From IMG/VR virus record IMGVR_UViG_3300033994_001756, positions 64,001 through 128,000 of that record: 64,000 nt of DNA, one strand, 5' to 3'. Made by a program: the position numbers and the translations under genes. Origin of the DNA: a virus. The notes beneath the pieces were generated by a model. It did not search any database. It was not told where the DNA came from and saw only the letters and a list, made by a program, of their open reading frames with translations. This document shows, piece by piece, positions 31,280 to 37,845 of the stretch. Numbering within the stretch: the first letter of the stretch is position 1; every line of letters starts with the position of its first letter.

Positions 31280-31311
31280 TAAATATCTTAGATATTACTT
31301 AGAGATATATT

Positions 31312-31656
31312 ATGAAACCTCAGAGTGCTAAAGCTAAAGGTAGGAATCTACAGAAGTGGGTTAGAGATCAACTCATAGAACAACTAGATGTACATCCTGA
31401 AGATATTGAATCAAGATCTATGGGTGCTGGTGGTGAAGATTTAATCATGGCCAGAGCTGCTAGAAGTAAGTTTCCTTTTTCTATTGAATGTAAGAATGTT
31501 GAGAAGTTGAATGTATGGGAAGCTTATGAACAAGCTAAAGCTAACTGTGGAAATTATGAACCTATTGTAGTCATGAAAAAAAATCACAAGAAACCTTTAG
31601 TCGTTGTTGATGCAGAGTACTTTATCAAACTATTCGGAGAGACCAATGCAAATTGA
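31312..31656 (+). CDS. PD-(D/E)XK nuclease / resolvase-like conserved phage protein
   Basis: SAKAKGRNLQ...MGAGGEDL...SIECKN. Confidence 0.75.
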   Translation: MKPQSAKAKGRNLQKWVRDQLIEQLDVHPEDIESRSMGAGGEDLIMARAARSKFPFSIECKNVEKLNVWEAYEQAKANCGNYEPIVVMKKNHKKPLVVVDAEYFIKLFGETNAN

Positions 31657-32338
31657 CTTACACAACTTTTTTAAACACTACGACGAAACTAATCCAAAGC
31701 ATGTAGCTGCGGTAGAGCAATTTGAAAAGGATCTAGTTATCAAAGCTCAGGAGCTAATGCAGGATGAAGCTAACTGGGTTAGAATTTTTAGGACTAAGCC
31801 AGATAAACCAAAATCAAATATCCTAGAAGTTCCATTCTTCCCACAGACAGATAATTACAGAGATGCTAACCGTACTTGTAACAGTTCTGCTTGTGCTATG
31901 TGTCTTGAGTATTTTAAACCTGGCACTTTAAAAGGACCTAAGGGTGATGATGCATATGTTCAAAAGGTATTCTCAATCGGTGATACAACTGATCATGTGG
32001 TTCAAACCAAAGTTCTTGCAAGCTATGGTATTAAGTCACACTTTAGTTACAATCTCACTTTTAATGCTCTTGATAGTGAGCTATCCAAAGGCAGACCTGT
32101 GGTTATTGGTATCTTGCACAGGGGTTCTTTATCTGCACCTACTGGCGGGCACATGGTTGTAGTAATTGGTAAGACTCCAGCAGGAGATTATGTAGTCAAT
32201 GATCCATACGGTTCACTTAATGATGGCTATACTGGAGCAGTAACTAATGGTAAAGGAGCTGTATATAAGAGATCAGAACTATCCCGTAGATGGTGCCCTG
32301 CAGGAAACGATGGATGGGGTAGGGTTTTCCAACCCTGA
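31646..32338 (+). CDS. C39-like cysteine peptidase (putative cell-wall hydrolase)
   Basis: VPFFPQTDN...CNSSACAM...GGHMVVVIG...VNDPYG; start moved to MQIDLH. Confidence 0.8.
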   Translation: MQIDLHNFFKHYDETNPKHVAAVEQFEKDLVIKAQELMQDEANWVRIFRTKPDKPKSNILEVPFFPQTDNYRDANRTCNSSACAMCLEYFKPGTLKGPKGDDAYVQKVFSIGDTTDHVVQTKVLASYGIKSHFSYNLTFNALDSELSKGRPVVIGILHRGSLSAPTGGHMVVVIGKTPAGDYVVNDPYGSLNDGYTGAVTNGKGAVYKRSELSRRWCPAGNDGWGRVFQP

Positions 32339-32402
32339 GAAACGGTATAAATATCCCAAGCACCTTGACAACTGAATGCGAGTGTGGTAACATTTTGTTA
32401 TC

Positions 32403-32484
32403 GGGTAGGTGTCCGAGTGGTTAATGGAGGCGGACTGTAAATCCGCTGGCTCTGCCTACGGGGGTTCAAATCCCTCCCTGCCCA
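32403..32484 (+). tRNA. tRNA-Tyr(GTA)
   Basis: Cloverleaf, GCGGA-CTGTAAA-TCCGC, long variable arm. Confidence 0.95.
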
Positions 32485-32529
32485 TTGGTAACACCAACTT
32501 TTATCATAAGCGATTGAGTGTTATCATTT

Positions 32530-32594
32530 AGAGCCTAGGAGATTCCCCCTTGAGAGAGGGGATGTGTGGTTTCTCTATTAGGATGTAGAGTTCA
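32530..32594 (+). ncRNA. candidate structured 5' leader of RlpA-like gene
   Basis: Nested stems GAGC/GTTC, CCTAG/TTAGG, GAGA/TCTC, TCCCCT/AGGGGA. Confidence 0.5.
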
Positions 32595-32604
32595 ATTTAA
32601 ATTA

Positions 32605-32967
32605 ATGCGTTTTATTTCAACCCTTTTAATTGCTTCAACACTTCTTGGATTTACGCCCCAAAAAGCTGAGGCAGCCAGCGGATGTTCCCTGGCATCACAT
32701 TATGGTGTAGGTGATGGATATCACGGCCAAACCACCGCAAACGGTGAAACATATAATGCATATGGTCGATCTGTGGCACATAGGTGGCTTCCATTCGGCA
32801 CTAGATTACGTGTTACAAATCAACGAAATGGAAGATCAGTTATTGTGCGAGTGAATGATAGAGGTCCATATGTCGGAGGACGAGACCTCGACCTGTCCTA
32901 CGGGGCATTCTCTACTATTGCGTCTCCAGGACAGGGAGTGGCAAGAGTCTGTTACTATAGAGTTTAA
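32605..32967 (+). CDS. RlpA-like (DPBB) lytic transglycosylase with signal peptide
   Basis: ASHYG...TANGE...AHRWLPFGT...VRVNDRGPY...DLSYGAF. Confidence 0.9.
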   Translation: MRFISTLLIASTLLGFTPQKAEAASGCSLASHYGVGDGYHGQTTANGETYNAYGRSVAHRWLPFGTRLRVTNQRNGRSVIVRVNDRGPYVGGRDLDLSYGAFSTIASPGQGVARVCYYRV

Positions 32968-33026
32968 CAGATAAATAATGGGGAGATAAGTTCTCCCCTT
33001 CCTCATAAAGAACTATAAAGAGCATC

Positions 33027-33320
33027 ATGAAAACCTTTCAAGAGTTTTGTTTAGAAGCATATATAGTAAATCTTAATGAATCTATTTTAGATGGGTTTGA
33101 TGATGCTCATAAAAAACTTATGCAACAAGATCTAGAACGACATCAAAGACAACTAGATAGAATTAAAAAAATGAGACAAATGGCTGCATCGGTTGTTGGT
33201 GATGAACCATCAAAACCCAGTAAGCCGTCTTCTAAAAAAACAACAAAAAGTCCACAAGAAAGAATCAAAAAAATCAAAGGTATAATAGACCGTGAGCTAT
33301 CACATGATGACCCAAAATGA
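33027..33320 (+). CDS. putative internal head protein with T4-type capsid-targeting sequence
   Basis: MKTFQEFCLEA resembles T4 IP N-terminus MKTYQEFIAE; upstream ATAAATA. Confidence 0.65.
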   Translation: MKTFQEFCLEAYIVNLNESILDGFDDAHKKLMQQDLERHQRQLDRIKKMRQMAASVVGDEPSKPSKPSSKKTTKSPQERIKKIKGIIDRELSHDDPK

Positions 33321-33327
33321 TTAACCT

Positions 33328-33732
33328 ATGAAATTTAATTTTTCTTTTGGTAAAAAGAAAACATCTATTAGAACTATTCTAGTTTTATCTTTAATAGTAG
33401 CATCACTCTCTTCTTGCTTAAAGATAGAAGAAAAACATATCTGGGATATTGTTTATGAATATTTTCAAACATATCAACCAGATTCTCCACTAATCCCAGA
33501 ACTTCAAAAAAATCCTGGTGTAGTGGAACGAGATGTCGAGCGAACCGTGGACAAAGCAATCCGTGATTATGAACGCTTGACAAAAGACGATAAATATGCT
33601 AAGGTATTAACTCCACGGTACTCAGAGAAACCAGTTGACACTGATGTGTGTTATACTGATGAGTGTCGAGCACTTGGCGGGGAAATGAGGTTGTGTGCCC
33701 CATGGGTTGACAACTGCCCCAAGACATGGTAA
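33328..33732 (+). CDS. conserved cyanophage hypothetical protein, possible lipoprotein
   Basis: Basic N-terminus, hydrophobic stretch, LSSC; C-terminal CYTDECRALGGEMRLCAPW. Confidence 0.7.
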   Translation: MKFNFSFGKKKTSIRTILVLSLIVASLSSCLKIEEKHIWDIVYEYFQTYQPDSPLIPELQKNPGVVERDVERTVDKAIRDYERLTKDDKYAKVLTPRYSEKPVDTDVCYTDECRALGGEMRLCAPWVDNCPKTW

Positions 33733-33735
33733 ACT
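33707..33735 (+). promoter_or_regulatory. sigma70-type promoter for tRNA operon
   Basis: TTGACA-17-TAAACT with TG. Confidence 0.65.
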
Positions 33736-33812
33736 AAATCAGTTGGTTCGGAAGTCCTCTAATACTTCTGGTAATATACATAAGGTAAATATCTTATGAG
33801 TTTCCAACAATT

Positions 33813-33886
33813 GACTCAGTAGCTCAGTTGGATAGAGCATCTGCCTTCTAAGCAGTTGGTCGGGGGTTCAAGTCCCTCCTGAGTCG
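33813..33886 (+). tRNA. tRNA-Arg(TCT)
   Basis: Cloverleaf, loop CTTCTAA. Confidence 0.93.
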
Positions 33887-33915
33887 TGACAACTGAATAT
33901 TTAAGGTATGAAACA

Positions 33916-34170
33916 ATGTACACAATCAGATGTAAATGTTGCAATGCAACACTTCAGGTAGCAACACCAAACAGAGGTCAGTCATGTAAGTGTCCTAACG
34001 AGACCTACATAAGACTTGACAACAATGGGTTACCTGTTATAATAGGACAAGACATCAGCCAAGTTGAAATGGTAAGTGGATTTATGAAACCAAAACCAAA
34101 ACCCAAAGTTATTGATCAAGTTGATGTGCCGAAAAGGCGAATACGTAGACTAGATTACGAAGTTCGATAA
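33916..34170 (+). CDS. small Cys-rich hypothetical protein
   Basis: CKCC...CKCPN; C-terminal RRIRRLDYEVR. Confidence 0.7.
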   Translation: MYTIRCKCCNATLQVATPNRGQSCKCPNETYIRLDNNGLPVIIGQDISQVEMVSGFMKPKPKPKVIDQVDVPKRRIRRLDYEVR

Positions 34171-34179
34171 TTTAGTCTA

Positions 34180-34250
34180 GGGAGCATAGCTTAATGGTAG
34201 AGCGGCCTGCTTATAACGGGTTGGTCTGGGTTCAATTCCCAGTGTTCCTA
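34180..34250 (+). tRNA. tRNA-Ile(TAT)
   Basis: Cloverleaf, GCCTG-CTTATAA-CGGGT, T-arm CTGGG-TTCAATT-CCCAG. Confidence 0.85.
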
Positions 34251-34253
34251 TTT

Positions 34254-34328
34254 CGGGATGTAGCTCAGTTTGGCTAGAGCGCCGCTTTTGGGAAGCGGAA
34301 GTCGTAGGTTCGAGTCCTATCATCCCGA
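34254..34328 (+). tRNA. tRNA-Pro(TGG)
   Basis: CCGCT-TTTGGGA-AGCGG. Confidence 0.95.
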
Positions 34329-34447
34329 TTACCGTTAACAGAACTTCCATTCTGACGGTAAATTGTCGGTGAACTGCAAAGTCAGTATACGGATAGAGAT
34401 TAAGTCCCTGTTATATCCTTATGAGATATATCACACTTAATCCATCT

Positions 34448-34520
34448 GGGGAATTAACTCAGTTGGTAGAGTGCCTGCTTTGCAAGCAGGATGTCAGGAG
34501 TTCAAGTCTCCTATTCTCCA
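34448..34520 (+). tRNA. tRNA-Ala(TGC)
   Basis: CCTGC-TTTGCAA-GCAGG, G3:U70. Confidence 0.95.
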
Positions 34521-34539
34521 TCCCCACTATATAATTAAC

Positions 34540-34779
34540 ATGGGCGATTCAGTTAAGTATCAAATTGAAAAGGCTGAACATGCACTTCGTTCTGCACTTG
34601 AACTAGGTGCAATGCATGAAGATCCTTATACTCTTCATTCTATTGCTGAAGCACTACAAAAATTAGGTTACATTATTGTAATGAATAAAGCTCAAGAGTC
34701 TGGTGCAAAATACCAAATTAAACTAGGAGATACCGTAATTCCATCATCAACACCTGATGTAATTACATTTAATAAATAA
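34540..34779 (+). CDS. hypothetical protein
   Basis: MGDSVKYQIEKAE...; track start overlaps tRNA-Ala, so start moved. Confidence 0.7.
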   Translation: MGDSVKYQIEKAEHALRSALELGAMHEDPYTLHSIAEALQKLGYIIVMNKAQESGAKYQIKLGDTVIPSSTPDVITFNK

Positions 34780-34828
34780 AATCAACACCCCTCAAGCCTA
34801 TCGACGATGCTCAAACAGAGGGGTCACT

Positions 34829-34899
34829 GCGGGAATAGTGTAGCGGTAACACGCAATCCTTCCAAGTTTGAATCACGGGTTCGATCCCCGTTTCCCGCT
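34829..34899 (+). tRNA. tRNA-Gly(TCC)
   Basis: GCGGGAA/TTCCCGC acceptor, loop CTTCCAA. Confidence 0.92.
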
Positions 34900-34918
34900 T
34901 CCTCATCTTGAGGTTATT

Positions 34919-35077
34919 ATGTCACTTATTTCACAAACTGATCGTCAGATGGTCATTGAAGCTCTTGAGTTTTACATTCATCGACTTAAAGAAGATAATT
35001 GTACTCAAGCATCCATCAATGCATTTCAGACACTTCTTAATTGGATTGAACTAGAGTATTATAAACATGAAGATTAA
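34919..35077 (+). CDS. small hypothetical protein
   Basis: SD GAGG; MSLISQTDRQMVIEALE...TLLNWIELE. Confidence 0.7.
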   Translation: MSLISQTDRQMVIEALEFYIHRLKEDNCTQASINAFQTLLNWIELEYYKHED

Positions 35078-35231
35078 TCTTTGGTATTGTAAAGATATGG
35101 ATCAGTGGAGGTGGACTCTAACTGATGATCATAGACCGGTTATTAAACAAGAGTCTGGTCAACGTCCCAATCTTCGTGATGCTATGAATGATGTAGCAAA
35201 TACAGTTGAATATCTTCTAGGTGAAAATTAG
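35067..35231 (+). CDS. small hypothetical protein (54 aa), not in ORF track
   Basis: MKINLWYCKDMDQWRWTLTDD...ESGQRPNLRDAMNDVANTVEY. Confidence 0.7.
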   Translation: MKINLWYCKDMDQWRWTLTDDHRPVIKQESGQRPNLRDAMNDVANTVEYLLGEN

Positions 35232-35236
35232 TTAAT

Positions 35237-35308
35237 CCTCTGTTAGTCTATTGGTAAGGACAGGCAGACAATGCACTTGGAAACTGGGTTCGATTCCCAG
35301 CCAGAGGT
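35237..35308 (+). ncRNA. tRNA-like RNA without a canonical anticodon arm
   Basis: CCTCTG/CAGAGG acceptor, D-arm GTCT..GGAC, T-arm CTGGG-TTCGATT-CCCAG; anticodon region only GCA-GACAA-TGC. Confidence 0.7.
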
Positions 35309-35311
35309 ACT

Positions 35312-35530
35312 AAGAGCCCTAGACTGATAAACTAGAATGCTGTAGTAAAGGGTGCAACAAGGAACGTTGTATTAAACAAAGGATCCCCTCGGCCACATCG
35401 TAGATTTTATCGTAGGTGGACATTCTTGCCCTTAAAAATCGTAGGTGCCAAAACCTCTCGCTGGTCTAGTATTCTGTGGCTGGATGAAGTAAAGAGGGAT
35501 AACATAGGCAAAGTTATTCCCACCTACCAC
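35312..35530 (+). ncRNA. candidate structured ncRNA
   Basis: No ORF in track; multiple stems including GTAGGTG/CACCTAC, CCTCT/AGAGG, GATAAC/GTTATT. Confidence 0.5.
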
Positions 35531-35535
35531 AATTT

Positions 35536-35865
35536 TTATCTATGATACATAGATAAGTCAGAGTGAATTTCACGATGACAATTAGCACAGACAAGAATGC
35601 ATTTTTTTGCTTCCTCTCTTTGCTTTGCTAAAGATGCGGTGGAACCAATAATTCCACCTTCTTTAGCATCTGGGTCTACATGATGAAACTCTAGTGCTGC
35701 CGTGCATTTGTTGTATCCACACATACAGCATTTTCCTCCAGCTTCTTCTTTAATTAAAGATACATTTTTTCTTCTAGTTGCAGATACTCTTTCTGTCATT
35801 TTTTTAGCCCAGTTAGGATTTTTTGCTTTTCTATCAGCATAAGTTCTAGTTTCTTTTTTATTCAT
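35536..35865 (-). mobile_element. free-standing HNH homing endonuclease gene
   Basis: CCMCGY...LEFHHVDP...CILVCANCHREIH; inverted in tRNA cluster; own late promoter. Confidence 0.85.
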
Positions 35866-35902
35866 GTTGGTATAACTTTTTAAATTAATACCAACTATTT
35901 AT

Positions 35903-36020
35903 TCCCCTGTAGCTCAATGGCAGAGCAATCGGCTGTGGAAAAGAAGGTTCCTTTAGTTCTGGTTCGATTCCAGTTTTTTCCTTAACCGATGGGTTATAGG
36001 TTCAAGTCCTATCGGGGGAG
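35903..36020 (+). tRNA. tRNA-Asn(GTT) interrupted by a 46-nt insert (35937-35982) in the anticodon loop
   Basis: TCCCCTG/CGGGGGA acceptor, D and T arms intact; ATCGG-CTGT[insert]TAA-CCGAT; removing the insert gives a 72-nt tRNA. Confidence 0.88.
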
Positions 36021-36054
36021 TTACCGATAAATATCAGTATCGGTGGATACAGTT

Positions 36055-36315
36055 ATGAAATACAAAATTTCCTCAAACTATTGTTACTACAACAATGAAA
36101 TTGTGGAAATGTATTTCATCAACAATGTACCTTTTACTTTTGAAGAGATTCCTCAAATCATGCAGGATGACCCTTACATTCAAATAGATGCATCAAATAA
36201 TCAGGAATATGCTCCAGAAGATTTATATCGTACTTCATTTTATTTGATTGATGAAGAATGTCATCCTTGTTTATTTCCAGTTGATCTAGAAAATCCTGAA
36301 GATATGCCTGAGTAG
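36055..36315 (+). CDS. conserved cyanophage hypothetical protein
   Basis: MYFINNVPFTFEE...YLIDEECHP; stop codon lies inside tRNA-Thr. Confidence 0.75.
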   Translation: MKYKISSNYCYYNNEIVEMYFINNVPFTFEEIPQIMQDDPYIQIDASNNQEYAPEDLYRTSFYLIDEECHPCLFPVDLENPEDMPE

Positions 36316-36379
36316 CTCAGTTGGATAGAGCAACGCTTTTGTAAAGCGTAGGCCATCGGTTCGAGTCCGATCTTGGGCT
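36306..36379 (+). tRNA. tRNA-Thr(TGT)
   Basis: ACGCT-TTTGTAA-AGCGT. Confidence 0.93.
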
Positions 36380-36398
36380 TTACAATTAAATAACTGCC

Positions 36399-36602
36399 AT
36401 GTACGAAGATTTAACAACTTTTGAAAAGCAACTTGCTCAGTTTGGAGATCGAGTTCAAGTTATTGTTGGACTTGAAGTTGGTGGAAAACTCCATGCAGAT
36501 GATGCATACAAACAAATCAAAGATCTAGTAAAGGAGCTTAAGAAGCTTCGTAAACAAGAGTTAAAGCACGGCAAAGATTTAGACAACTTTGGATTTCATT
36601 AA
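36399..36602 (+). CDS. hypothetical protein
   Basis: FEKQLAQFGDRV..IVGLEVGGKL...AYKQIK. Confidence 0.75.
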   Translation: MYEDLTTFEKQLAQFGDRVQVIVGLEVGGKLHADDAYKQIKDLVKELKKLRKQELKHGKDLDNFGFH

Positions 36603-36604
36603 TT

Positions 36605-37195
36605 ATGACGTTATCGCAAGGACTAGTTGATCAAGAAAACGAAGAGGCTGGATTTGAAATAATCCACCTCTCTTTTCGTAAGAGGCTATCTGAAAGCATG
36701 TATGGGGGTCCAGTAAACTACTACATTGGTAATATTGTATTTCGATTGACAGACCCAGATGCAATCAATCGCATGAAGTATTACATGGAGGAGAATGAAG
36801 AACTTCGTGTAGCACCAGACCTAGAGTTGATGGAAAAGTATTATGAAGGTCTTCACTTTGTATTTGAAAAACCAGAACATGCAATTCTTACTGATGATAT
36901 TCCAGAAGAAGAAAGGTATGTGCCATTAGATATTCGCAATAAGCATGGCATCAAAGATGAAGATGTATTCATTCATGCTCATCGTCGCAACACAGCACCA
37001 TTACATGACTTCATCCAATACAATGAAAAGTTCAATTGTTACAGAATGCACGAATACTTCCAGGACACCCCCGTGGTTCGTGGCATAATTCAGTATCTAC
37101 AGGACATGAAAGATGGTAAACCGAATCCTAGCCGCACTGTCTACCATGAACAGTTCATCAACACCCTTGAAAACCTCTGTTGGTGGTGGGACTAG
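36605..37195 (+). CDS. hypothetical protein
   Basis: 196-aa ORF ending LENLCWWWD. Confidence 0.7.
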   Translation: MTLSQGLVDQENEEAGFEIIHLSFRKRLSESMYGGPVNYYIGNIVFRLTDPDAINRMKYYMEENEELRVAPDLELMEKYYEGLHFVFEKPEHAILTDDIPEEERYVPLDIRNKHGIKDEDVFIHAHRRNTAPLHDFIQYNEKFNCYRMHEYFQDTPVVRGIIQYLQDMKDGKPNPSRTVYHEQFINTLENLCWWWD

Positions 37196-37319
37196 ACAGT
37201 GTGCTAAGTGCCACACCGAACAACCCCTTGACAAAGACCACTTCCAGGTGGTAAAATCATTTCGTACAGGCTTCTCGTATTACTGCAACGAGTGTAACAA
37301 ACCAAAACCAAAGGACTAA
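37146..37319 (+). CDS. small CxxC..CxxC zinc-binding protein (start uncertain)
   Basis: RQCAKCHTEQPL...GFSYYCNEC. Confidence 0.55.
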   Translation: MNSSSTPLKTSVGGGTRQCAKCHTEQPLDKDHFQVVKSFRTGFSYYCNECNKPKPKD

Positions 37320-37393
37320 TACAACAATAAATAACCTGAGAGACATGGAGAGTCTTTAAAAACCCTGGTCGGGAGCAACCCCTTAGAAATCAA

Positions 37394-37591
37394 ATGGAAC
37401 AAACAAACTACCGTTCTTTCAAGTTATCAAATGTTTGTGCTGAAATTGAAAGTGTGATTACTACACTTAAGCAAATCCAATCCCAAATGGATTTAAAAAA
37501 TTATACTAAACTTCACGAAACAATTCAGAAACTTCAAGAACACAAGCAGTATATCTGGCAAATATACAAAGATCTAGAAGTCTTGGAATGA
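37394..37591 (+). CDS. hypothetical coiled-coil protein
   Basis: 65-aa ORF between two RNA-like motifs. Confidence 0.55.
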   Translation: MEQTNYRSFKLSNVCAEIESVITTLKQIQSQMDLKNYTKLHETIQKLQEHKQYIWQIYKDLEVLE

Positions 37592-37736
37592 CTTAAAAAT
37601 TACCCTGGTGGAGTCAACATGACCCAAATAGTCCTCGTCGGATTGGACAGTAAATATGCCGACTGGTGCGGATGAGGAGTGCTTACTCCCGCCTGGTTTC
37701 TTGCCTCCAGTCAAAGGGCAAGTGGCGAGCCTGCAA
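37585..37736 (+). ncRNA. manA-like structured RNA
   Basis: GC-rich stems GACTT/GAGTC, CGCC/GGCG, CTTGCCT/GGGCAAG with CTGG/CCAG pseudoknot; resembles the cyanophage manA motif from memory. Confidence 0.6.
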
Positions 37737-37742
37737 AGGGGG

Positions 37743-37771
37743 TTGACAGCCCCCACCTTTTACCCTATAAT
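37743..37771 (+). promoter_or_regulatory. sigma70-type promoter for porin-like gene (late TATAAATA also at 37811)
   Basis: TTGACA-17-TATAAT. Confidence 0.7.
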
Positions 37772-37845
37772 ATTGGGGAAGGGACCGAACCACGTTATGG
37801 TTCCTAACAATATAAATAAAATCTGTACTTAATCATTTTCAAATT

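Noticed and set aside
33742-33808. Hammerhead ribozyme
   Set aside because: Lacks the CUGANGA and GAAA core in the required arrangement on either strand.
34471-34539. N-terminal extensions of ORFs 34471, 34868 and 33886
   Set aside because: They run through or start inside tRNA genes; downstream ATGs (34540, 34919, 33916) are more plausible.
35937-35982. Group I or archaeal BHB intron as the explanation of the tRNA-Asn insert
   Set aside because: Only 46 nt with no catalytic core, and no bulge-helix-bulge at the junctions; the insert instead has acceptor plus T-arm geometry.
37574-37756. Minus-strand 60-aa ORF
   Set aside because: Coincides with the structured manA-like RNA and a promoter; likely spurious.
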